This document shows positions 12,763-26,091 of a DNA stretch of 64,000 nucleotides, one piece after another. This DNA is from Eledone cirrhosa (taxonomy: Eukaryota): the NCBI GenBank assembly GCA_964016885.1, contig OZ024742.1, positions 256,680,001 through 256,744,000 of the forward strand, written 5' to 3'. The notes under the pieces are model-generated. The model saw nothing but the letters and a program-made list of their open reading frames with translations. It had not been told where the DNA came from and searched no databases. Numbering within the stretch: the stretch's first letter is position 1; every line of letters starts with the position of its first letter. Both the position numbers and the translations under genes were made by a program.

Positions 12763-13331
12763 TATTCAAAGTAAACTAACTTATTTTACTAACGGGATTA
12801 AAAAATATAAAAAGGACACTGTCCCGCAGTCCTCTATTTATTATAGTATATATATATATATGTAAGTATATAATGTATCTACATTTGTTATGATATTAAT
12901 ATAGTTTTACATGCTCACTCTTAGATAAACAAGGATTACCGCAAAATACGACGTTGACATAAATATCTTAATGTTAAATTCTATATAAACATATGCTACC
13001 TGGTAACCGTTATTCATGTCTATTCTTGCGCTTAAGAATGACTACGCCATACGCATTCGTAAATAGACGCACTCACGCAAACTTCTCTCTCTCTCTCTCT
13101 CTCAGTATATATATATATACTTACGGTAAACATTGATGCAATTCAAATCAAGCACTCAACATATTTTTTCCACATAGGAATGACAGTATATATTTAGAAT
13201 GAGGATGTGCGAAGTAGTTTCAAATGTTAAAGTCCTTTATTGATAATACTGTGATACATATTTCGATGACGACAGTGGCCACACGATTACGTGTACCCAG
13301 TGCGATGACATTAATAGACAGCTTCTTATAT

Positions 13332-13415
13332 AATTGTTTCTACTTTTGGCAAAAGGCCAGAAATTACCCAGTGTGTTACTGGTACTTTATGTTATCGACA
13401 CCGTAAGGATGAAAT
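13332..13415 (-). mobile_element. SINE 3' fragment
   Basis: Matches the 3' end of the copy at 21645-21830. Confidence 0.7.
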
Positions 13416-14062
13416 GCAAATTTAAACTCGTTCCAGAGGCAATCCAAACAGAAACGACAAGGAAACGAACAAGGCACGTGTTCTTGAATCCCTCGGCCGT
13501 TCCCCTGTATACATATACGTACATACATATATGTATACAGACGTACAGTAGTATGTATATATATACTTACATGCACACACATATATATGTACGTATGGGT
13601 TTACCGAACACTTATTATAGTGTTCGGTTTATTTGTAAACAGACATCCCGAATTAAGCCGTACAGTGTTTATCAAGCATCGTTGCTCTTTTGTTCAACAC
13701 TGGCAAAGGAACGATGCACTAGTTTCAAGCTTATTAGCTATCGTCAGCACCGTAAACCTTCCTGCCAGATGATTGAACTTCTGAAAGTATATACTTTCCT
13801 TATGCATATTAATGGCGGAGCAGCCTAATTAGCATATCGAGTGAGTTAATCAGCCGGGCGCACCGAAAACGATAAATGGAAAAAATGAAAGGAAATTTCA
13901 TTTCTAACTCTTAGTACGGCTGTTATTTAAATATTCCATTTATCGTTTTCGGTGCGCCCGGCCGATTAACTCACTCGATATGCAAATTAGGCGGCTCAGC
14001 CGTTAATATGCATCAGGAAAGTATATACTTTCAGACGTTCAATCATCTGGGAGGAAGGTATA

Positions 14063-14103
14063 CGGTGCTGACGATAGTTAATAAGCTTGAAACTAGTACA
14101 TTG
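14063..14103 (+). ncRNA. Minimal type I hammerhead (R1 subfamily b)
   Basis: cggtg CTGACGA tagttaataagctt GAAA ctag TA cattg. Confidence 0.82.
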
Positions 14104-14504
14104 TTCCTTTGCCAGTGTTGAACAAAATGGCAACGATGGTTGCTAAACACTGTACGGCTTAATTCGGGATGTTTGTTTACAAACAAACCGAACATTATAA
14201 TAAGTGTTCGGTAAATCCATACGTACATATATATATATATATTTGCATGTATGTATATATATATATATACATACTAGTGTACGTCTGTATACATATATGT
14301 ATGTACGTATACATACTTATATTTAAGTAACAGCCGTACTAAGAGTGAGTCAGAAATGAAATTTCGTTTCATTTTATCCATTTATTGTTGTCGGTGCCCC
14401 CGGCCGATTAACTCACTCGATATGCAAATTAGGCTGCTTAGCCGTTAATATGCATAGGGAAGGTATATACTTTCAGACGTTCAATCATCTGGCAGGAAGG
14501 TATA

Positions 14505-14545
14505 CGGTGCTGACGATAGCTAATAAGCTTGAAACAAGTACATCG
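14505..14545 (+). ncRNA. Minimal type I hammerhead (R1 subfamily b)
   Basis: cggtg CTGACGA tagctaataagctt GAAA caag TA catcg. Confidence 0.82.
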
Positions 14546-14685
14546 CTCCTTTGCCAGTGTTGAACAAAAGGGCAACGATGGTTGCTAAACACTGTACGGC
14601 TTAATTCGGGATGTTTGTTTACAAACAAACCGATCATAAAAATAAGTGTTCTGTAAATCCATACGCATATATATATATATATATA

Positions 14686-17032
14686 TGCAAAAGTTTTATT
14701 TAAGATTGTTGGGTTACAACGAGTAAATATTTTATAACTGATATAAAAGCACTCAACAGTTTCTGGAGTAGGTTTACGATATTAAACAAATGGAAACTAT
14801 ATTTATAAAACCATATTTATTTCGTTATATATATTTCTGGGATATCATATTAAAAATATGTTATGCCTTCCTCGGACAAATTACAATACATAAGCTGTTT
14901 TATAAATAATTAGTGACATACCTTGTAATAATGCAACTTCCTTTTAAAACGTTGATTTGGTAATGAAACTGTTATGATAGTTATATAGAAAGAAAACGAA
15001 ATGAGAAGAAGAAGATGAAGAGATGTATGTAAATAAAAAAGAAGAAGATGAAGAGATGTATGTAAAGAGAATAGAGATGTATGTAAAGAAAAACAACGGA
15101 GCGAGATAGAGAGACAAGGATAGAGGGAAATACATTGATGGTGAAAAAAACATAGTAGGCTTCTTTTTGACAGATGATCATCGTATATGTGAGAGGTTAA
15201 GGGAAGGGATACAGTTAGATTAGTGTATAGGAGAAAAAGAAAGAAAGATGATATATTTAAAATATATTAAAAATATATTATGTCTCATCCATTTGAATTA
15301 TCAATTTTTATGAATTAGGCATTATAATGTAAATATCAGTATTCATGAATGAGACACATATCTATAATGTGTAAAAAAATGACCACATGCTCAGTTTAAA
15401 AATTCTTAGGTCTATAAGCAAAATCTGAGACAAAACTTCAAACATAAGTATATATGCATTCTCGTGAAAAATGAGAAAAGAGAAGGTTATCTCAAATTCA
15501 AGTTGATAAATATAGACGCACATGTGAACCTACGTGATACGCTGCACTGATTCTTATATTTCATGAAAAACTTCAATGTGTCAGAAAAGAAAAACTTCAA
15601 TGCGTTAGAAAAGATTCCACCCTACATATATTTACATACATATATACATATATATAGACACAAAACATATAAGATATACATTAACATCTAAAATAATCAT
15701 CGATCAAGCATAGAGTAGACAACAGATATCAATATTAAAATTAAAAACGCCAAGAATATCTTCGTCACTCCTCAGAGTATCTAGGGACGCAAGAGAACAT
15801 AGTATGCCACGCATATCGGTCATAGAATCAGAGTCAAAAGTAAACAAGACCAAAATTGCTCACCAAGCCTTATCTATCAGAAATCATTCAAAACTTATTC
15901 TACAAATGCTCTTATATTTATTATAGAAGTTTATCCAGCTTAAAAATTTATTCAAAAGATTGGGAACAACGCCAATTTTAGGGTAGTTTATTTAATCTCA
16001 TTAATTATATATTCATGCGGAAAGGTTTTAAAAAAAAAAAAAAAAATTGAAGGAATCGAAAGATTTATCGCCAACTATCACAAATAGTCAAATACCTTAA
16101 GTAAATATACTACATTTTATACTACATTTTAAATTTATATTTATATTTAAATGTTGAGTTCAATCTATGTCTGCAACAGCTGAATAAATTGGTTCGTAAA
16201 TTAAGGGAATTTTTTGATTTTAATATAAAGAATATCTCCTCCGCGCAGAGGTCACAAGTCTCAGAAGAGGAATTAAAAGGAATCCCTTTTGAGACTATAT
16301 TCCAAACCATCGAATATCCAACTTTATCATGCTTAAGTTGCCAGAGTAACCATGACAGCGATGTTGATGATTTTTTATTTGGATCCTTGAAAGAATTTTT
16401 GTGATTATTATAGCGAAGTTTAAATTCTGTCGAGGTGGAACCAACATAATTAAAAGAATTTAAATCAGTTCTAACATTACAGTTGTATATTATATTTTTA
16501 ACTAAGCAATTGTTATTTAGCGGACATTTAGATCTATCTCTCCAGTTACAGTTTTTTAGTTGAATATTGTTTAGGCTATTTTCGGTATTTTGGCTAGGTT
16601 TTAGATTCCTATTATTTATTCTATTAATATTTTGTGCTAAATTTTTGGTGGACGAGTACGTTAATTTTATAGTATGTCTATTAAAAATTGAGTGATACTT
16701 ATGTGTTCTAGGGAAGCGTTTGTTAAGAGCATTAAAAAATAGTTTAGCGATGTGGGCTTTAATGTTTAGTGAGAAAGGGGGGGCAAACCATATTATATTT
16801 CTAGTTCTATTTCTTTTCTGGTTTTTGAAATTATTGTAGTGCTTTCTATTATAGTTGTTAAAGTTGTTACTGTAATTAAAATTGTTGTTATTTTGGTTAG
16901 TTTGTCTATTATCGATGTACATAATTTTATCACTATATCCTGCTCTAGCTAAAGCATCATTATAATATTAGGCTTTTTCGTCAAAAATATTTTTATTGGA
17001 AGAGATTCTAGAGATACGTTTTTGAACAGAGT
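14686..17032 (-). mobile_element. 5'-truncated PLE (thumb + GIY-YIG + ~1.4-kb 3' UTR)
   Basis: Contains ORF 16122-16922; degenerate HHR (CCGAGGA core) at ~14818-14885; (TA)n flanks. Confidence 0.85.
16122..16922 (-). CDS. PLE C-terminal region with GIY-YIG endonuclease (truncated)
   Basis: WFAPPFS..IFNRHTIKLTYS..CNW..CPL..CL..NIIY.C..YVGST..FK.RY.NH..CDLC.EE..LN..CCRH. Confidence 0.88.
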   Translation of the reverse strand: MYIDNRQTNQNNNNFNYSNNFNNYNRKHYNNFKNQKRNRTRNIIWFAPPFSLNIKAHIAKLFFNALNKRFPRTHKYHSIFNRHTIKLTYSSTKNLAQNINRINNRNLKPSQNTENSLNNIQLKNCNWRDRSKCPLNNNCLVKNIIYNCNVRTDLNSFNYVGSTSTEFKLRYNNHKNSFKDPNKKSSTSLSWLLWQLKHDKVGYSMVWNIVSKGIPFNSSSETCDLCAEEIFFILKSKNSLNLRTNLFSCCRHRLNSTFKYKYKFKM

Positions 17033-17049
17033 TATATATATATATATGT

Positions 17050-17463
17050 ATTTTTGCGAAAAGACTAAGATGGAGAATTTTTTCTACGATAGATACCGCG
17101 ACAATCAGGACTTCGACACCAAGGTGAGATTCGGATTCAATACAATCTCCCCCTCGGAACCCTATGCTCTCACTCTTCGACAACGACCTTTTCCACCAGG
17201 TCAAGAGCATTCAATTCAAACCCAGACACAACAGATTCCTACAACAAGACCGTAGCAAAATAACAGAGTATGAAAACACCAACGACATCATGGTGCAGTC
17301 GGACAAAACTGGAAACCTGACAGATATCAGTCTAGAAATAGTCGTCGAAACGGCTAGAGCTCTGCCGTCGGGGTCATACTCTTCCCTATTTCCCACTCTA
17401 CTACACTAAGTATTGAGTACTCTGGTGAGTTATGGTCCATCTGTTTCCTTACCACAATTCCTT

Positions 17464-17465
<2 letters not shown>
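17050..17465 (+). mobile_element. Internally deleted PLE: N-terminal ORF piece fused to 3' terminus
   Basis: 17084-17318 matches 45492-45735; 17330-17462 matches the terminus at 35148-35281, including the 3' half of the HHR. Confidence 0.8.
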
Positions 17466-17526
<61 letters not shown>

Positions 17527-17582
17527 GCGGCGATGAATTAGTTTTGCGAGGTTTTTTATATGAAATCGTGTGTCGAAACAAA

Positions 17583-19034
17583 TATTGTTATACTTGGGGA
17601 GGGTCATATTTGTGTAATATTGCCAGAATTAATAACAGAACACACTCACTGTTTGGTTGGTTTTCGCTTCTCGCTGTCTTTTATATCGATAATCTAACTT
17701 ACTCGGTCCACGATGTTGCCATTGACTGACCGACGGTCAAAAATAATACAGATACAATATAAACACAAATACATATATATAGTTTATCATAATTCTTTCG
17801 TTGCACATCTGCAACATCGTCAGTGGTGTTATATGTTCCTCCTGTTGTGTTGTATGTCTACGCCATTTTTATTCAGTCTGTCTATATATTTATTTATTTA
17901 TTTGCTTGTTTGTTTATTTTAAATATTTGTCTTCTTTGCGCAAGCGTTTGCGTGTGTGTATAGTGTTATGTTTGCTGTGTGATGGGTGACTAGTGTGTGT
18001 TTATGTGCTTGTTGTTATTGTGCTTGTGTATGTATTTATTTATTTATTTATCTTATTTTATTTACTTATTTATACTTCTCTTAGGTCAGTGTTGTTTGTT
18101 TGGGTGTTGTTGTTATTCCATTCTTTCTTTCTGTTTAGCTTTGGTCTTCTAATTTCTATTTCACTGGCCTCTCTGATTTGCCTATCTGCGGGGTCATTTC
18201 TATGTTTAGATATTATTCTAATTTCTATGTTGTCTATGTTACCGTCATGTTGTTGTCTAGCATGTTCGTATAGTACTGACCTGTTTTTTCGTCCTTTTAG
18301 TTCCCTCCAGTGTTGGTCTATACTTTCACCTATGCTACGAACTGTCTCACCTATGTATGTTGTTGTCATATTTCTGCAAGTACCCTCTGTACATCTTATG
18401 CTATAGACTACGTTTCTAGTTTTACAGTTTATCCGGGGGTTCACCTTGTATATGATACATTTCCTATTGGTACAGTGGGTTTTCTTAAAAAGGTAGGTTT
18501 TGCTGATCAGGGATTTTATGGTGGTTCCTGGCTTTTCTACCACCTTTATTTTTACATACTAATTAAATACATACATATTAAATACATACACAAGCACAAT
18601 AACTACAAGCACATAAACACACACTAGTCACCCATCACACAGCAAACATAACACTATACACACACGCAAACGCATGCGCAAAGAAGACAAACAAATAAAA
18701 TAAACAAACAAGCAAATAAATAAATAAATATATAGACAGACTGAATAAAAATTGCGTAGACATACAACACAACTGGAGGAAAATATAATACCACTAACGA
18801 TGTTGTAGATGTGCAACGAAAGATTTATGATAAACTATATATATGTGTTTGTGTCTATATTGTATCTGTATTATTTTTGACCGTCGGTCAATCAATGGCA
18901 ACATTGAGGACCGAGTAAGTTAGATTACCGATATAAAAGACATCGAGAAGCGAAAACCAACCAAACAGTGAGTGTGTTCTGTTATTAATTCTGGCAATAT
19001 TACACAAATATGACCCTCCCCAAGTATAACAATA
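17583..19034 (-). mobile_element. Truncated PLE with ~480-bp inverted pLTR arms around a GIY-YIG fragment
   Basis: 17583-18065 is the reverse complement of 18546-19034; HHR-like CTGACGA-gttgca/tgcaac-GAAA at 17786-17828(-) with weak stem I. Confidence 0.88.
18070..18543 (-). CDS. PLE GIY-YIG endonuclease domain, CCHH type (truncated)
   Basis: NVVYSIRC...C..YIGETVRS..H...SVLYEH..H..RQIREA.EI...LNRKKEW. Confidence 0.88.
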   Translation of the reverse strand: MVEKPGTTIKSLISKTYLFKKTHCTNRKCIIYKVNPRINCKTRNVVYSIRCTEGTCRNMTTTYIGETVRSIGESIDQHWRELKGRKNRSVLYEHARQQHDGNIDNIEIRIISKHRNDPADRQIREASEIEIRRPKLNRKKEWNNNNTQTNNTDLREV

Positions 19035-20266
19035 TTTATATATATATTTATATATATATATATATATTTATATACATATATATATTTATATATATATATA
19101 CTTATATATATATATGTATAGGATAGACATTATGTATGAATATAGGGTATATAGGTGTCAAATAACAGAAAGTATTTCACATCATTTTTTTCATCTTTTC
19201 CTAGTTAGATTCCCATTGAAGAAATCTTTAACAGCATATCAACCCTTCAGAAGCAACTCTTTCGTGCTTTTAACTATGTTATCTTATCTGATACACGTTG
19301 CAAAAGTACATTTAGGTATTCGTATAAATATATACATCTTTTCCTGACGAGACATCTAACAAACATAGGTAGCAGGTCAGCAACACTTCTTAGTTCATGA
19401 AACCATTGGTTGTATATATAATGCGTATATTCTGAAAGAGGAAGCATCGTGCACATATGCACCCTCTTTTGGTAAATAATCCTCTGTATCGTTTCTCTTT
19501 TACCTCATTTTTCTATCCTCTCTCACGATACTGTAATATCTTCTTCCCCCTGTCTCATCCTATCACTTCCTTCCACCCCCTATTTTCTTCCTAGACTGCT
19601 TTTCCCCTTTCGCCTACCCCGATGCAGCCCATCGGGCCTTTGTAGCATCAGTTCCCCCACCCCTGTAATTTTAAGATAGAATTGGCCGAATACGTTTTAC
19701 TAACTACTTATAGCAGATGTGTTAGACCCCTTTAATTCTGTATGAGTTCTGGTACTACTCAATTTCTACAAGTTTTTTTCTATTCTCAACTTATTAACCT
19801 GTAATTGTAAGATAGCATTGTGATTTTTTTTATTCATTTCTCACTATCTAATTTTTTATATTTTTTTATTTATTTCTATTATTTTTATTGTCTCCTACTC
19901 CCATTCGAATTGCCTATTCTATAACCTCCCTCCTCCATTTCATACACTATCCTTAGAATCTGGTGTATACATATAACTTTCAACGCTTAACCGCTCCACT
20001 CACTCCCCTATTGTTCTACAGGCAAGTTCAGCCAGCCCTACCCCTACCAAAAGCCATGATAGACTTATTTGTGTTTACAACAAATGTTAACAATCCTCTT
20101 GAGAACTACAATCTCCCCATATAAGGAAGTACCCTTTCACAAGTTTGGGTATATATTCAGCAGGCTAAACCTTCTAATTTAGTCCAGAAATAGACGTCGA
20201 AACGGCTTGATATATATATATTATATATAAATATATATTATATATATATAATATATATATATATAT

Positions 20267-20302
<36 letters not shown>

Positions 20303-20340
20303 TGTATATATTATATATATATATATATATTATATATATA

Positions 20341-20464
<124 letters not shown>

Positions 20465-20468
20465 ATAT

Positions 20469-20557
<89 letters not shown>

Positions 20558-20562
<5 letters not shown>

Positions 20563-21046
20563 AAAGTTTTATTTAAAATTGTTGGGTTACAACGAGTAAA
20601 TATTTTATAACTGATATAAAAGTACTCAAAAAGTTTTGGAGTAGATTTACGATATTAAACCTAAACATTTTTAAACTAAACATATGGTCATTATTTTTTC
20701 ACACATTATTGATATGTGTCTCATTCATGAATATTGATATTTACAGTATAATACCTAATTCATATGAATTGATAAACTGATGAAACATAATATTTTAAAT
20801 CTATCATCTTTCTTTCAGAATATATCTATTTCTTCTCCTCCTCCCTCTACACTTGACGGGATTTATGTATCGGCTGATTTAACTCTACCTCCTGTATCTC
20901 ACCCCTCCCCTATCTCTCCCACATCGTATAATATATATTACTCGATCTACCTCTTTTCTCCCACCACCTATATCTCTCTCTACCTCTCTTTGTTTATTTA
21001 TTTTTGTTTTTATTTTTATTTCTCTCCGTATCCTTAACACTATAAC

Positions 21047-21091
<45 letters not shown>

Positions 21092-21519
21092 ACAGTACCC
21101 CCTTCCCTCCTAAATATCTCATTTGTACGTTATTCATCTGTGCCCCAGCTGCCTATCATTTTTCACCTCCTCAATATTTATATCTCCCATATCTCTCTCT
21201 CTATCTCGCTCTGTTGTTTTTTCTTTACATGCATTTCTTCATTTTCTTCGTCTTCCTCTCTAACTGTCCTTAGCACTATACACTTTCTTTCTTTTTCTCT
21301 TCGTCTTTCTTTCTAACTGTCCTTAACGTTTTCACTACCAAAACAACTTTTTAAATGGAAGTTGTAAAGTTTAAGGTATGTCAAATTTATTTATAAAACT
21401 GTTTATATATTGTATTTTGTCTGAAGAGGGCATACCATATTTTTTATATGATATCCCTGAAATATATATAATGAAATAAATATGGTTTTATAAATATAGT
21501 TTCCATTTGTTTAATATCG

Positions 21520-21520
<1 letters not shown>
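20558..21520. mobile_element. PLE 3'-UTR insertion with inverted terminus (family of 14686-17032)
   Basis: 20558-20660 matches 14685-14787; 21340-21520 is the reverse complement of ~14775-14965. Confidence 0.8.
21413..21478 (+). ncRNA. Minimal type I hammerhead
   Basis: tattttgt CTGAAGA ggg...ccct GAAA t-atat-a TA atgaaata; 8-bp stem I with two G.U pairs. Confidence 0.8.
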
Positions 21521-21553
<33 letters not shown>

Positions 21554-21554
21554 A

Positions 21555-21586
<32 letters not shown>

Positions 21587-21644
21587 TATATTTATATATA
21601 TTATATATATATATATATTATATATATATATATTATATATATAT

Positions 21645-21830
21645 AATTGTTTCTACTTTAGGCACAAGGCCAGCAATTACCAGTGCATTACTGGTACTTT
21701 ATTTTATCGACCCCGTAAGGATGAAAGGCAAAGTCAACCTCGGCGGGATTTGAACTCAGATGGTAAAGGGACGTAACTATGCTGGAAAGCATGGCGTCCG
21801 ACCCTCTACCGATACTGCCAATCCACCGCC
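21645..21830 (-). mobile_element. tRNA-derived SINE
   Basis: Same family as 8638-8860. Confidence 0.88.
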
Positions 21831-21834
21831 CTTA

Positions 21835-23078
<1,244 letters not shown>

Positions 23079-23164
23079 CTTAGGTTAATAAGAGTTAGGT
23101 ATTGTATACCCGTGTCCCATTAAGGTATTGACATCATAATAATTAGCTCTATGCTTTGGAGCAG

Positions 23165-25885
23165 AGCCGTTATATGAAAAAGAACACAAGAGCGTCTACA
23201 ACATCAACAGACTTTTATTGGCTTACAATGTTTCTTCCTTACGTAACCGTAGGATTCGTCAGAGTTATAAATGAGGTTTGATTGGTGTTAAGGACTCTAC
23301 CATCCAAACATTCAAGAACAAAGAGTAAAGAGAGTAAAGAGCAAAAGTAGGGGACGATAAGTCTAATTTTTGGAGGAAGCTTACTAGATCCACGCCATAC
23401 CGACCGCAGAGCGGAAGTTGTGACCTGTGTTTACAGGAATGCCATGCCATAATACACTCTAAATTGAACCTGCTTAACAGGAAATCAGAAATGTTCTCCT
23501 CTTGCCAACACAAAATCCTGAGTTCCTTCTATTTTAAACCTAGCACATAGACGTAACATATATCACGCAAACCCCACCTAGACTATAGCTTCCCCCCTCC
23601 CCCCCAACCCGTAACCCAGATAGATAGGTACCCTAAGGGTGGTACAGTCCCCTACAAGGCTGGTGTTTTTGCGCGTGTGTGTGTGTGTGTGTGTATTCTC
23701 CTTTTCTCTCTCACACGCACACACACGCAGACATATGTGTGGGTGTGCGTGCCTGTGTGCATGCATGCACGCATGTGTGGGTGCATTGTATGCATGTATA
23801 TTGTATGTATATATATATATATATGTATATTGTATGCACGCGTATTATATTGTGTGTATGTGTATATGTAACATGTATGTGAATATATGTATGTATGCGT
23901 ATGAGTGTGTATGTGTATGTGTAAGTGTATGATGTGTGTATGTATGTGTATATGTATGTATACTTTTCTGTAGAAATTCTCTCTATATGTGGTGTGTGGC
24001 ACGAATTCCTCCTATAATACTCTTCTCTGAGAGGAACATGATATGCAGAGTAACACATATGTATTGTCGAAGTTGAAACTGAGAACCACCACCCATCCTG
24101 CTGACCCAAATGTTTACTGAGGACCAGAACACCATTCTCCGCAATATAAGAGCGAAATGCGCTTGCCGGATTATTGATGACCATAACATCACATTCCAAG
24201 GTAATGGCAAAACACAGTGAATGCTATGCACGACCAGAACACCACAGCATGCACATCCGAGCGACACAGATATAATATCAATAGGGGAATCAAGTGAATT
24301 TTTTGAGTTGAAATACATATGGATATGTGTCTGTGTGTATCGGACACACGTACACATAAAGAAGCTGCTGACCTAAATATACCTGTCATGCCTGTCTGAA
24401 TTCCTAAGGGAATTGTCGGCCAGTTGCTGTCTTGACCGATTGTAGTACCAGTGGGTGAATCAATTGAGTTTTTTGAGTTGAAACATATAAATATGTGTCT
24501 GTGTGTGTCGGACACACGTACACATAAAGAAGCTGCCGACCTAAATGTGCCTGTCATGCCTGTCTGAATTTTCGGTCAGTTGCTGACTTGACCGATTAAC
24601 CCCACAATTACTACGTAGCGGTTCTTGCACGTGAATGCTGGACCCGGATGAAACGAAGACGAAGAATTTCCTTGCGTACCGTTTTGTACCACAGATGCGA
24701 TCTCACCCTGCCTCGTTAATGTCCTATCGACACCAAAGTTCAACGTTCGGGCGAATAGAATTGAATCCAACCACCAACAATATAGCTGGATGACCGATAA
24801 TCACACCAAACCGGAGTACTGTAATCCCTGTGATTTCCAGATATACAACCACTGACACTGTTACGAAGACCAGAAAACCATACTCCATAATATTGAACCA
24901 AGTGATTGATTTGTGCGACCAAAATAACACCACACACATATTGAACTAGGAATATTGGATCCTCCGTCAATGTCCGGGTGAGCAAAAATAGATTTCTATC
25001 TGCATTGGAATTTACGAATTTGTGCATCTGCTGTGGTGTCAAAAACAAACGCGAATGACCGCACAGATAAACAATGGACCACGCCACGTGGCTTGAACCC
25101 GTAAGTGAATTGAAGGTTCTGCAACTCTGACACAGATTATTTATTATTAAGATGTATAACCTTGACATAACTATTATCATCTTATATTCTCTCAACTAAT
25201 CACACTTGATCATATTTCTCTATCCCGTTTTCTCCTCCCATAATTATTATATTTTTATTATTATTTGAAAAAATCGTTTTTTTACGTTGTGTTTTCCTCT
25301 CCAAATATTCGCTTATATTTCTTTATATATTCTCTATATATTTTTTTATCTTTATTATTTCCACTTTTATCCTCCTTTATATTTTACCTTATTCTTACTT
25401 TTATACCTTATTATAGTGTAATCTTCCCCATGCCTTATTATACACTATTAAGTATACATTACTATTATTACTCTTTTTCCATTTCTAATTACCTCATGTA
25501 CTTTCTCCTCCGCTATATATATATATATATATATTGTATGCCCTTTGTGTCTGTATAGCCTATGCGCACCCTCTGCACCATACTATCGACGCCACCCCAT
25601 CTATGGTTCAGCTAACCACCCGACTCCCGGGAATGAATATGACCGCAGCTAGTAAACAAGGACCCACACCCCACGCTCCCGCACCAAAATTAGACTTATC
25701 GTCCCCTACCTTTGCTCTTTACTCTCTTTACTCTTTGTTCTTGAATGTTTGGTTGGTAGAGTCCATAACACCAATCAAACCCCTTTTATAGCTCTGACGA
25801 ATCCTACGGTTACGTAAGAAAGAAACATTGTAAGCCTATAAAAATCTTTTGATGTTGTAGACGCTCTTGTGTTCTTTTTCATATA
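23165..25885 (+). mobile_element. 5'-truncated PLE: inverted pLTR (23172-23370), EN C-terminus (23371-23550), 2.3-kb 3' region, sense pLTR (25685-25885)
   Basis: Hand translation WRKLTRSTPYRPQSGSCDLCLQECHAIIHSKLNLLNRKSEMFSSCQHK...*; arms are reverse complements; HHR in both arms (23215-23270 on minus). Confidence 0.85.
25786..25841 (+). ncRNA. Minimal type I hammerhead
   Basis: ttatagct CTGACGA atcc-tacg-gtta-cgta-agaaa GAAA c-att-g TA agc(c)tataa. Confidence 0.8.
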
Positions 25886-25897
25886 ATATATATATAT

Positions 25898-26008
<111 letters not shown>

Positions 26009-26091
26009 TGAGCCAAGCTGTGTCCTTTCTGATCGTTTATTTTTTGTATTTTACTTTCTTTATGTCAGTAGAATATATATATATATATATT

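Larger units (their letters stand above)
13507..14668. mobile_element. Second R1 array (distinct subfamily): minus copy 13507-13934, two plus copies 13935-14668
   Basis: Homologous to 5484-7437; HHRs at 13712-13752(-, GUG triplet), 14063-14103(+), 14505-14545(+); spacing 442 nt. Confidence 0.85.

Noticed and set aside
19330-19420. CTGACGA...GAAA ccattgg TT hammerhead-like string
   Set aside because: Stem I is not contiguous with the core and stem II is poor.
20120-20210. Diverged copy of the U3-A8 HHR family
   Set aside because: Core decayed (ttcacaa) and the motif is cut by (TA)n within stem III; fossil only.
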